Of a DNA stretch of 64,000 nt, positions 12,101 through 26,100 are shown one piece after another. Every line of letters begins with the position of its first letter. Position 1 is the stretch's first letter. The notes under the pieces are model-generated. The model was not told where the DNA came from. It was given only the letters and a program-made list of their open reading frames with translations, and made no database searches. This DNA is from Octopus sinensis (lineage: Eukaryota), in contig NC_043000.1 in the NCBI RefSeq assembly GCF_006345805.1, positions 118,172,001-118,236,000 on the forward strand, read 5' to 3'. The position numbers and the translations under genes are program-made.

Positions 12101-14970
12101 ACTTCTATCGATTTTTTAATGGCTTTGCGGGGTGATTGGGGAAATGTAAAGATGTGCACGACCACCTTGGACGGTTTTGATTGACCATAGAAAGTGTGAG
12201 CCCTCTAACTGAAAAATTGTGGATTTGTATAAAGGACACTCACACACACACACACACACACACATTTTGCCATTTATATATATAGAGATATTTTTGATAT
12301 CAAATTATTTTTTTTAATTTTCAGGATTACTTTTGATTCTACAGATCCTCGTTGGATTGGAGCTTGGTGGATTTGTTTCTTCATATCAGGATCTCTGTCA
12401 ATATTTATTGGACCAGTTCTGTTTGGTTATGCACGGGAACTTCCAGGTAATCTTAATTCTACCGTGTCTTTTATTTCATCCTCATAAAATTTAACACCCA
12501 AAATAGAAAATGAAGTGGAGGGGGTTATTAAATGCTGATTAATATCTTTGAAGTTACCATTGTATTGCTTATGTCATACATTTTAGGTTTTCTGAAGTGA
12601 TTACAGTGAGTTAATTTAAGATCAAATTCTTAACCCTTTTGTTATCATATTTCTGTGGAGATGCTCCCAGTTTCTTTCAATTAATTTTAAATATAACAAA
12701 TTATATAACAAATTTTAAATATAACAAAGAATTTAGTAAAATAACTTAGTTATCATTAAGTTAGGAATATAAATTGTGACTAAGGTTTGCTGGAAAATTT
12801 TAATTCAGAACTTTTGAAAACAAAACATTTCTTCTACAAAATCAGAGGTGGTTTCAAGCAGATTGGTAACAAAGGGTTAAACTAGAAACTTAATTATGTA
12901 TATGTTTTATTATTCAGTAATTTACAAACAGTATATGCATATTTACTTTGAAAACTTTTTTACAAATGAATAAAATAATATAAAAAAAGTTATTTTCTTT
13001 CAAGATTGATTTACTTTACTCGCCTCGCTCATAGTATATATACTTTTAAAGTGACACACAATCACTGATCTCATAAAGAGAAAAACAACTAGTTTTAAAT
13101 CTCTGAGTGAGAAATATGCGGTAACAGTACTGGAAAGTAAAGTCTATTTGCCAACGTGAAGTGGCAGTCCTGCTTAGGACGATGTTACTACTGTTTAGCC
13201 CCAGGAAAACATCTTTTCCAGCTGGCTGTCAACACATAATCTGTGTCTATATACTGTGACCAAAGGAGCTAATACTCCCCCTCCAGCCTTAGCGATACCT
13301 GCAGACCAATGGTTTCTGGGTTATTTCCTTTCCTCAGTGCAAGACAATTGCTGGCTAGAGATGTTAGCGACTCACCTTGCTCACAGTATATACTTTTAAA
13401 GTCGCTACCATCCCTAACCAGTGGTTGTCCTACACCGACGAAGGGAAATAACCCAGGAACCATTGGTCTGCACTGCAGGCATCGCTAAGGCTGAAGGGGG
13501 AGCATTATCTCCCTTGCTCACATTATATAGACACAGATGATGTGTCAGTAGCCAGCTAGAGGAGCTGTTTTCCTGGGGCTAAACAGTAGTAATATCGTCC
13601 TAAGCAGGACTGCCACTTTAGGTAGTCAAATAGACTTTACTATTTCTAAAATATTTCGTTTTTGGATTTGGTTTGCAAGATTCTTTATATGAGTACGTGT
13701 ATTGAAGCATATTCTGTTGTGTCTGGGGAGAGTCATTTTCTTTTTGTGCCTTATAATTTCTTACACTCACCGGTAAAATTTCCACTTATTTCTTATTTTT
13801 ATATTCATAAAATTGTCGTTACATCTTGCAATAATCTTGACTATTGAAAAGGTTGCAAGATGCAACGAAAATTTTAGGAAAATAAAAATCATAAATAAGT
13901 AGAAATTTTACTGGTGAGTGTAAGAAATTATAAGGTACAAAAAGAAAATGGCTCTCCCCAGACACAACAGAATTTCTAAAATAGATATCTGGAAAAACTA
14001 AAAGCTATCACTGCATAACATTTTGAGCACTTGCTAGCTTTCACTCTGTCGTTATTCCTCTCTATTGAATGTTTACAGGATATTGACAATGGAATGGTTC
14101 TTCTCTCTACTTTCTGTCTTTGATAAATTCTCATTTGATATCCTCATTAGTTTTGTTTGTTTTTTTGCACTTCTGCTATTTTTCTTCTATGTAATTCCTT
14201 TCCAGTTAGTAATTAATCATTGCAATTACCGTAAATCCTCGAGTATAATCCGCTTTTTTTCCCCCAAAATTTAAAGGTCAAAATCCCCAGAGCGTACTAT
14301 ATACGAGATTAAAAATGTAAAATATTTTCTAAGCAATGTCTGAGTCTCTATTTGCTGTCCGGCAATGTTTATTCAGACGCATTTTGTGATGTCGGGCGCG
14401 AAAATACCTTAAGCTAAGACTGAAAGCAATGAAGTCATAAAAGAATCATCCATAACTTGCAGTAAGCAACATTTATTAAACGTTATTACTGTTATTTCTT
14501 TATTTTCTGCAGACAAAATGCACAAAAAAGCTACACGTTTGCATTGTGTTATATATACAATAATAATAAAGGACGTTACCGTATACAGTTTTACAAACCA
14601 GGGACGTTATATAGACCTACTTGACTCAAGTTAGAGAAGGGGTGCGTATCATACACAAGGTTTAGGTTTTTCAGAGCTACAGCCCCCTAAAAATCCCCTG
14701 CGTATTATACTCAAGGGCGGACTATACTCTCTTTACTCTTTACCCTTTTACTCGTTTCAGTCATTTGACTGTGGCCATGCTGGAGCCCCGCCTTTATAGT
14801 CGAGCAAATCGACCCCAGAGCTTCTTCTTTGTAAGCCTAGTACTTATTCTATCGGTCTCTTTTGCCGAACCACTAAGGTACAGGGACGTAAACACATCAG
14901 CAACAGTTGTCAAGCGATGGTCGGGGGACAAATGGGCACACAAATATGTACACACACATACATATATAAA

Positions 14971-15017
<47 letters not shown>

Positions 15018-16784
15018 GCTTCTTCCAGTTTCCGTCTACCAAATCCTCTCATAAGGCTTTGGTCAGCCCGAGGCTATAGTAGAAGACACTTGCCCAAGGT
15101 GCTACACAGTGGAACTGAACCCGGTACCATGTGGTTGGTAAGCAAGCGACTTACCATACAGCTACTCCTGCACCATACTCGAGGATTTACGGTAATTATA
15201 CAGAGAAACTTATTTTATATATCTAATTTTTCATGACTGTTATGCTTCACATAAATTCCATAATGTAAATATATTTTTTTATATATATTTTTTTTCTTTT
15301 AGTGACTAAGAGTATTCAAATGAATCGAGAATCTCAAGTTCACAACGGAGTTGATAAATTATCAGAAAAATATTCTGCTTCTCCTATAACATTAAAAGTT
15401 GTACCTCTGATTATATGGAACCTGTTTAAGAATCCAGGATTTGTATTTGTCACGTTGGCTGCAACGTGTGAAGGAATTATTGTGGCTGGATTAACAGCAT
15501 ATTTTCCAAAGTTTCTTGAAAATCAATTTGAAGAAACAGCTGCATCTGCATCGCTCATTCCAGGTAATACAATATTGTATTTCTGCATTTAACCCTTTAG
15601 TATTTAAACCGGCCGTTTCCAGCCCAAATATTCTACATGTTTTAAGTTCAGACTGGCCATATTCAGCCTCTCACACCTACCCTACAATGTCCTTCTAAAA
15701 ATGAGCAACCACATCATCAAAATCTTGAAGCTACAAGGTAATGCATGATTACTTCAAAACTGGGTGAATCAAAAAGCATTAAATTTGATGGAGTACTCTG
15801 AATATTAAAGGGTTAAATGTATATTGATCTAGCCATTTTCTGTCCACTATTCCTGGGAGGAGGGTTGTGTGTGTATCAAGGGTGGGGATAGAGTCCTTAA
15901 GCATTTCCTCCTTAGAGTCCCGGCAGTCGCTACCATCTCTAGCCAGTGACTGTCCTGCACTGAGGAGGGGAAATAACCCAGAAACCATTAGTCTGTAAGC
16001 ATTGCTAAGGCTGAAGGGGGAGCATTATCTCCTTTGCTCACATTATATGGACACAGATGATGTGTCAGTAGCCAGCTAGAAAATCTGTTTTCATGGGGCT
16101 AAGCAGTGGTAACATTGTCCTAAGCAAGACTTTCTAGCTGGATTCCTAAGCAGACCCAGTTCAAACTATAGATATCATCGAACCATCTCATTCTTGATCT
16201 ACCCTTAACTCTCCTTCCAGTTCACTCAGCTTAAAGAATCCATCTTGTGGTTCTTTCCTATGGCATTCTAATCACATGTCCATGTACTGGGGCTGTGACC
16301 TTTTAATGTGGAAAATAATGAGTAAGAGGGTATATGTAAATAGAAAGATCATGATGAAATAAAATGCTAGATATTTAAAAAATTATTAGATATATTTAAT
16401 ATAGGTGCAGGCGTGGCTGTGTGATAAGAAGTTTGCTTCTCAACGATATGTTTCCAAATTCAGTCCCCACTGCCGCATGGCACTTTGGACCAGTGTCTTC
16501 TACTATAGCCTCAGGTTGACCAAAGTCTTAAAAGTGGATTTTGTGCATGGAAACTGAAAGAAGTCCATCATGTATATACATATATATATACTCTTTACTC
16601 TTTTACTTGTTTCAGTCACTTGACTGTGGAGCACTGCCTTTAGTCAAGCAAATCAACCCCAGAACTTATTCCTTGTAAGCCTAGTACTTATTCTATCGGT
16701 CCCTTTTGCCGAACTGCTAAGTTACGGGGATGTAAACACACCAGCATCGGTTGTCAAGCGATGTTGGGGAGACAAACACACACA

Positions 16785-16829
<45 letters not shown>

Positions 16830-19800
16830 GGCAGTTTGTCTGTGTGTCTGTTTGGTTGTGCCCTCACTCTGACCACGGCTTTCAACCGATTCTGATGAAA
16901 CTTGACACACACATAGCCCAATGTCATAATTCAAAACTAACGCAGCGAAAATTTTGAAAAGTTCCCCCAGTTCTGAAAAAAATCGATAAAATCGACATGG
17001 GGTCGAGAATCAGAAACACAAACCACAGACTGTCTAGGGGACGCAACTCCACCTTTTTAACTCTCAAAAAAAATTTACTATCATTTTCCCCCCATTTTTT
17101 TGCTATATTTTGGCTATAACTATCTAAAAATGCTTTATAGTTATTTCCCTTACAAACCCGAGCAACGCCGGGCGATACTGCTAATATATATATATATGTG
17201 TTTGTGTGTGTGTATATACGACGGGCTTCTTTCATTCCCATTTACCAAATCCACTCACAAGGATTTGGTCGATCCAAGACTATAGTAGAAGACACTTACC
17301 CAAGGTGCCATGCAGTAGTATTGAACCCGGAACCATGTGGTTGGTTAGTAAGCTACTTACCACACAGCCTCTCCTACGCCTATAAATATAATTGTTATAC
17401 AGGACGTCAAATGTTAAGGCAAGGCAAACATCTCAATTCATATACAATATTATTACAGGGAGAGTACCTAATCGTTTAGATCACCTGTGAACTAAACCCC
17501 CATATTTTGTATATTAAATATATATATTTATATATTGTGTGTGTGTGTGTCTGTAAACTAGTGGCTTAGCAACAAAGATCAATAGAATAAGCATGGCCAC
17601 AGTCTAATGACTGTAACAAAAAAAAATGATAATGAAATTATTGTATACAGTGCTCAGGTGCACCACAACTTGTCAAAATGCATATAAAGCATATGCAGTA
17701 ATGTACAAATGTCTGGGAAGTGAACAGTGTATGAGTCAGATACATGCTTGCGTGTGTATGGAGGGAAGAAAATCAGGTGTAGTGTTGGCTAATCTCAGGA
17801 AGCATGGAAGTTTTGAAGGATGCAGTGCTCCGACAACTGACAACTGATGCCGGCAGTTTGTTCCATACTTCAGCAACTCTTAGCGTGAAAATATGTTTCC
17901 GAAAGTCATAGGAGCTGTGCTGTTTTCTGACTTTGTAAACATGTCCACGGGTGATAAACAGGTGGAGTTTGAAAAGGTGCTCAGAGTTATTGTTTGTAAC
18001 ATGGCTGATAATTTTATGGGTGTCTGCCAAAGTAAAAGATAAAAGAAAATATCAGCATAGGCAGGTGTTAAATATTTGTAAGTGGAGTCATATTTAAGGT
18101 TTATAACAATTAAATACATTTTTCACATATTTAACCTTGCAGCTAATATTTGAGATTAAATAACACACATTGTTAACTTGGAACAACAAACTACAAACAG
18201 CAGACAAAAAAAAAATCAATGCAATTATCAAATCTGCAAAATGGATTTACTTCCCTTGACACACAGACAGAAGTCTTGAACTTCCTACATGATTTCTTTG
18301 CTGTAGACCAGAATATGTTTGAAAACTATTGAAATGGTATAAACATTAAATGTAGAAATGTAAGACATTTGTTCCCTTTACCAGGCCAGCTTGGACAACG
18401 GACACTAAACGATGATGATGAGTTTGTTCTAGTTTCACTCAAATTAGGTCAAAATATTTGCCTTCAGTCATTTCTAGTTAGGTAAAAATAGGTACAAGGG
18501 TTTAACTAGGTACACTTCTAAATGTTGAAATATGTGATTCAAGGGTCTGTCTTTGCACTAATATTATTCTTTTTGATAACATTGATTCTTCAATAGGTAT
18601 TTTATAAACCACATTTTCTCTCTATATGTAAGCTTACATATATCGATCAGAATAGTGATATTTGGTAATCAAAATATACACTCATTTTAATAGGAATATT
18701 TACTGGAAAATATAAATTTATTAAATGTAAAACAATAGGATATTTTTATTCAGATTCTCATTTGTATTAGGTTGTCCGGAAAGTTCATGCCGATTTATTG
18801 TAGCTTACCTTTTGACATATTTTAGAACATGGTTGAGTCCATGAAATAGGATTTGACTACACCTCCATTTAGATCACAGTTTAAGCTATCTTTTCCTGGA
18901 AGAAGGTTTATGTTCCTATAACCTGTGTTAATTCTGTAACCCTTTAAAATGGAAGATTAGAAAGTTCATTTTCGGCACTTGATGCTTTTCTTTTTCCATA
19001 AAGGGAAAAATGCCACACAAGCAACCAAAGAAATATGTGCAGTTTATGGTGATGTTTCTTTATCCGAAAGAACTGTACAGAAGTGGTTCACAAGGTTCCG
19101 AGCTGGGGAATGTAGCCTTATTGATAAAGAGCAATCAGGCAGACCATCCACTACAGATGATGATCAAATCAAGTCATTCATTGAGAATAACCCACATTGC
19201 ACAACCTATCAAAATCCATCGTTCATGAGCACCTGGTAAAGCTTGGGTACACAAATCGGCACAAACTTTCCGGACAACCCAATATATTTCCTATTTTGTA
19301 AAAGTTTGAATATACACCATGCCTGGGCAGCTTGTTATTGTAAGGGAGATAATCACTTCTATATCAATGCACATTCAATATGAAAATAATTCCATTCAAT
19401 ATAGAATGATTCTGAGGTCGACTTTGCCTTTCATCCTTTCAGGGGCGATAAATTAAGTACCGGTTTTGTACTGGGGTCGATCTAATTAACTGGCTCCCCC
19501 TCCCCAAATGTTTCAGGCTTTGTGCCTAGAGTAGAAAAGAATATGGAATAATTCCATTCAAAATGAGAATATTAGAAATGAGAACAAAAAATATAGTTTT
19601 TGGATTTGGTTTGCAAGATTCTTTATATGATTTCGTGTGTTGAAGCATATACTGTCGTGTCTGGGGAGAGTCATTTTCTTTTTGTGCCTTATAATGTAAC
19701 ACACTCACTGGTAAAATTTCCAGAGTCAAGACTATTGAAAAGGTTGCCAGATGCAACAAAGAGTTTAGGAAAATAAAAATAAGAAATAAGTGGAAATTTT

Positions 19801-22247
19801 ACTGGTGAGTGTTTTACATTATAAGGCAACAAAATGAAAATGACTCTCCCCAGACACAACAAAAAATACAGTATTTTTGCTTTAATTGTTTATGTATCAC
19901 TCTTACATAGTATGTAATTCACTTTTTGGCAATAAATGATAAATAAATAAACTTGGTAAATAAATTGACAATGAATGGAATGATATAAGACAAAAAAGTA
20001 TGTTTATTATTAATGATACACAAAGTCAGGGAGCTGGCAGAATCATTAGCACACGAGGAAAATGCTTAGAGGTATTTTGCCCATCTTTATATCCTGGGTT
20101 CAAATTCCGCTGATGTCAACTTTGCCTTTCATCCTTTCAGGGTCAATAAATTAAGTACCAGTTGTGTACTGGGATTGATTTAATCAACTAGTTGCCTCCC
20201 GTAGAAAGGGTTATTAATGATATGTAAATAACGAAAGCAAAAATACTATATCTTTTTTTCTCATTTTTAGTATTCTTATTTTGAAAGGCGGCGAACTGGC
20301 AGAAGTGTTAGCACACCAGACGAAATGCTTAGCAGTATTTTGTCTGCCGTTACGTTCTGAGTTCAAATTCCGCTGAGGTCGACTTTACCTTTCATCCTTT
20401 TGGGGTCAATAAATTAAGTACCAGTTACACACTGGGGTTGATGTAATCGACTTAATCTCCCTGTCTGTCCTTGTTTGTCCCCTCTATGTTTAGCCCCTTG
20501 TGGGCAATAAAAAAAAAAAGAAATGTTAGTACACCGGGCGAAATACTTAGCAGTATTTTGTCTGTCTTTACATTTTGAGTTCACATTCTGCTGAGGTCGA
20601 CTTTGCCTTTCATCCTTTCGGGGGTCAATAAATTAAGTACCAGTTGTGTACTGGGGTCAATCTAATCGACTGGCCCTCTCCCCAAAACTTTTGGGCCTTG
20701 TGCCTAGAGTAGAAAAGAATATTCTTATTTTGAATGAAGGTATTTCATTTTGAATGGAATTATTTTTATATTGAATGTGAAATTATTAATCATGTCAGAT
20801 CAATCATGGCAGATCAATCATGGCAGATCAATCATGGCAGAGTCAGAAGTTTGACTTTTATCTTTTATTTGTTTCAGTCATTAGACTGTGGCCAAGCTGG
20901 GGCACTGCCTAGAAAGATTTTAGTTGAAGGAATTGACCCCAGTACTTACTTATTTTATTTAAGTACGGTACTTATTCTATTAGTCTTTTTTACTGAACTG
21001 CTAAGTTGCAGGAGACATAAGCATAAACAACTGTTGTCAAGCGGAAGTGGGGTGGGGCACAAACAATAACAAACGCACATATGCTTATCTACACACACAC
21101 ACACACACATGTATAAGAATAAACATGAAATTCTGATTGTCCATCTGGGACCCCTGAATCTTAGTCTATATTTGTTCCACATAGACATATACCTTTTTTG
21201 GAATCAAGATGATTCTGGGGTTGAAAATTTGCCCTTCATTTATTTCTTGAACATCCAGCACTGGGATCAGGCCTGGGGTTTATTATATGCCAACATAGAC
21301 ATAGGAGTGGCTGTGTGGTAAGTAGCTTGCTTACGAACCACATGGTTCCAGGTTTAGTCCCACTGCGTGGCACCTTGGGTAAGTGTCTTCTACTATAGCC
21401 TCGGGCCGACCAAAGCCTTGTGAGTGGATTTGGTAGACGGAAACTGAAAGAAGCCCATTGTATATATGTATATATATATGTATGTATGTGTGTGTATATG
21501 TTTGCGTGTCTGTGTTTGTCCCCCACCCCAACATCACTTGACAACCGATGCTGGTGTGTCTACGTCCCCCCCGTAACTTAACGGTTCGGCAAAAGGACCG
21601 ATAGAATAAGTACTAGGCTTACAAAGAATAAGTCCTCGAAACAAGTAAAAGAGTAAAAACTTCAAATTTTAAATGAACTCAAAAAATTTGTGAACTTAGA
21701 AGTTTTTCATTTAAACTGAATTTAGAATAATACCATATTGGTAGGATAATACCAAATTGGTAAGGGACCAATAAATGTTTTATCATTATTGTTCTTTTTA
21801 GTTTTTGGCCACAAGCCCAATGAGCACTCAGCAGGAGCTAGCTCAAAAGTCCACACAGAGTGTGGCTTTTAAGCTAGTATGCAATATCTATGAAGGGCTT
21901 CTTTCAGTTTCTGTTTACAAAATCCACTTACAAGGTTTTGGTTGGCCCAAGGTTATAATAGAAGACACTTGCCTATGCCACGCATTGGGACTGAACTCAG
22001 AACCATGTGGCTGGGAAGCAAATCTTCTTACCCCTCAGCCATATACTCTTATTTGTTTCAGTCATTTGACTGTGGCCATGCTGGAGCACCGCCTTTAGTC
22101 GAGCAAATCGACCCCCAGGACTTATTCTTTGTAAGCCTAGTACTTACTCTATCGACTCTTTTGCTGAACTGCTAAGTTACGGGAATGTAAACACACCAGC
22201 ATTGGTTGTCAAGCAATGTTGGGGGGACAAACACAGACACACAAATG

Positions 22248-22298
<51 letters not shown>

Positions 22299-23137
22299 GA
22301 AAAAACATGTCAAGATAGAAAATGCTAAAATAATTTTATAAAGAACATTTCAGTACTGGTTTCAGTCATTTGAGACCTTTTCAACTGTAACAATTAAATA
22401 ATTAAATTTAGAAAAATTAAAAGAAAGGTTTTTTTAAAAGAATATTTGTATAGTGTTTAAATATAAGTGGCATTTTTCTTGTTTCTGCCTTTCTCTGTCT
22501 CTCTTGTTTACACTTGTGGGTTCCAGGTCCATGTGAATTCTTGGTAGGGAAGAAGAAGAAGGAGGAGGAGGAGGAGGAGAAGGGGAGGAAGAATTTGGGA
22601 TTGCCTTGATTGTCATATGTGGTCAGTGGCTGCTAGCAGTTACTGTTCAATTCATGAGATATTTCTATTGAAAGGTTTGTTTATAGAATTTGCATAGGTG
22701 TTATACTAAAAAGCAGTAGTGATAAAGTTAGGTAGTAGAAGAAATATTCTCATGAATTGAACAGCAACAGCTAGCAGCCACTGACCACATATGACAATCA
22801 AGGCAATCCCAAATTCTTCCTCCCCTTCTCCCCCTCCTCCTTCTTCTTCTTCCCTACCAAGAATTCACATGGACCTGGAACCCACAAGTGTAAACAAGAG
22901 AGACAAAGAAAGGCAGAAACAAGGAAAATGCCACTTATATTTGAATACTATACAAATATTCATTTTAAAAAACTTTTCTTTTAATTTTTCTAAATTTAAT
23001 TATTTAATTGTTACAGTTGAAAAGGTCTCAAAATGACTGAAACCAGTACTGAAATGTTCCTTATAAAATTATTTTAGCATTTTCTATCTTGACTTGTTTT
23101 TTCATATATATCAACTCATGTGTTCCTTTTCATCCTT

Positions 23138-23182
<45 letters not shown>

Positions 23183-26100
23183 ATATAAGTTAATCCAAAC
23201 AAGAAAGCACAAAAAAACCACAACAACGCGAGGACGTGGAACAAATATAGTCTTATTGGACGCTCAGGAAAGAAGGAAAGAAGGAAAGATCCAGAGAAGG
23301 GAAGACAGAGGAAAAAAAATCGCCAACGGTACACACGAAGTCACATTTTGAAGACGGGCTTCTTTCAGTTTCCGTCTACCAAATCCACTCACAAGGCTTT
23401 GGTCGGCCCTAGGCTATAGTAGAAGACACTTGCCCAAGGTGCCATGCAGTGGGACTGAACCCGAAACCATGTGGTTGGTAAGCAAGCTACTTACCACACA
23501 GCCACTCCTATGCCTGCAACTTTAATTTACTTTTTCCTCTACTCATTACAAAGCTCTTAGTCATTGGCAGCCATGCGTAGCGCCTTTCATCCTAATTCTT
23601 AACCATGACATAACCTGAGTCAAATAAATTACACTGAATTAAACATTTTATGAAGCAAGACAGTTTAAAAGATATTCATAGAATGTGTGTGTGTGTATGT
23701 TTTCTTAATAGTTCAGCAATTGAGAGAAAGTAGAGGTCGTTTTTCTAACCACTTGAAGCATTTCAAATTGACGCCTGAATTTTTTTTTAACCCTTTTGTT
23801 ACTGTATTTATTTTGAGATGCTCAATGTTTCTCTCAATTACTTTAAATATAATAAAGAATTTAGTAAAATAACTTGGTTATCATTAAGTTGGTGTTAGGA
23901 ACATAAATTGTGACTAAGGTTTGATGGAAAATTTTAATTCAAAACTTATGCAAACAAGATATTTGTACTCAGAGCCAGAGCCGGTTTCAGCCGGGTTAGT
24001 AATGAAAGGGTTAAAAAGTGTAATATTATTATTATATCCTTATACCACCAATCATCATCATCATCATCATCGTTTAATGTCCGTTTTCCATGCTAGCATG
24101 GGTTGGACGGTCCGACCAGGGTCTGCGAAGCCAGAAGGCTGCACCAGGCTCCAGTCTAATCTGGCAGAGTTTCTACATCTGGATGCCCTTCCTAACGCCA
24201 ACCACTGCATGAGTGTAGTGGGTGCTTTTTACGTGCCACCGGCACAGGTGCCGGGCGAGGCTGGCAACGGCCACAATCAGTTGGTGCCTTTTACATGCCA
24301 CCGGCACGGAAGCCAGTCAAGGCGGCACTGGTATGTAGTAAAGAATACACTGTAACTGTGTTATAACAATACAAAATAGAAACAGCGGCAATAACAAACA
24401 CGTAATGAACCAGCAATCAATAGTTCCAACATACTAACTCAAGCTGTACCATTGTTGAAACTGCAGAAACTTGAAGGTTTTTTTAAGAAGTATATAATGA
24501 ATTCGTGAAGTGTTCCATATTTTTTCAAATAGGTGTAGGAGTGGTTGTGTGGTAAGTAACTTGCTTACGAACCACATGGTTCCAGGTTCAATCTCACTGC
24601 GTGACACCTTGGGCAAGTGTTTTCTACTATAGCCTCAGGCCGACCAAAGCCCTGTGAGTGGATTTGGTAGATGGAAACTGAAAGAAGCCCATCTTATGTA
24701 TGTATATATATATATATGTGTGTGTGTATAGTTTGTGTGTCTGTGTTTGTCCCCCCCCCCCAACATCGCTTGACAACCGATGGTTGCGTGTTTACGTCTC
24801 CGTAACTTAGCAGTTCGGCAAAAGAAACCAATAGAACAAGTACTAGACTTACAAAGAATAAGTCCTGGAGTCAATTTGCTCGACTAAAGGCGCTGCTGTA
24901 GCATGGCCACAGCCACATGACTGAAACAAGTAAAAGAGTAAAGAGTAATGAAAGAAAACGAATCCTTTTTCTCATAAATGCACCATTCTAAACCCACACA
25001 CACACGCACAAATGGATGGAAGCACTCCGTCGGTTACGACGACGGGGGTTCCGGTTGATCCGATCAACAGAACAGCCTGCTCGTGAAATTAACGTGTAAG
25101 TGACTGAGCACTCCACAGACACGTGTACCCTTAACGTAGTTCTCGGGGATATTCAGCGTGACACAGAGAGTGACAAGGCCGGCCCTTTGAAATACAGGTA
25201 CAACAGAAACAGGTAGTAAGAGTGAGAGAAAGTTGTGGTGAAAGAGTACAGCAGGGATCACCACCATCCCTGCCAGAGCCTCGTGGAGCTTTTAGGTGTT
25301 TTCGCTCAATAAACACTCACAACGCCCGGTCTGGGAATCGAAACCGCGATCCTACGACCGCGAGTCCGCTGCCCTAACCACTGGGCCATTGCGCCTCCAC
25401 ACACGCACAAATACACACACACACACACTCACGTACACATGCACACTCATAATATTTAATATTACAAATTCTGCTCTCACGCACACTGAGTACATGTTAT
25501 TTACCTTAGCTCTATGACTAAGAGCATCTCTGCACCATAATACACTGTGCTTATGATTACTAATAATAAACATATTCAGTGTCTCTGTGGGTTTAGGATC
25601 ATATTATAGAACATTGGTGCTCTAATTATGAGTGCAAAAAACCGGTTTTGATCAAGTAGAGCTGTGCTCAATGGTGTTCAAACAAATTCTCGTTTATTTT
25701 CTGTAATAGCTACATAATATGATATGTCCTTTTTTTTTTAAAGACATTATGGTGTAGTTTAAAGAAAATTTGGCAGCTATTTCTTGCAGATCGAGAGGTC
25801 ATGTAAAGGTTTTATCTTCGCTGTGTCTGCTTGTTTGTTTGTTGAGCGAAGCGGTCTTCGTCCCAGAGCTCGCAAGATCGCGCCTCAGTGGGAGAAGTCC
25901 GAAACGTGGTCCTTTGCTACTTGTAAGACCCGCAGAAGAGAAAGCAGGTCAACCCCCGACACCGAGAGCATCGACGGATGGATGAATGCGCATCCAGGCT
26001 CAGCGGTTGCGTAGGAAGTCGGGGACAAGAAACAGGAAGAAAGAGTGAGAGAAAGTTAGAGTGAAAGAGTACAACAGGGGTCGCCACCAACCCCTGCCGG

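Noticed and set aside
16885-16905. CTGATGA...AAAC hammerhead-like hit
   Set aside because: No stem II between the core halves; part of the Helitron body.
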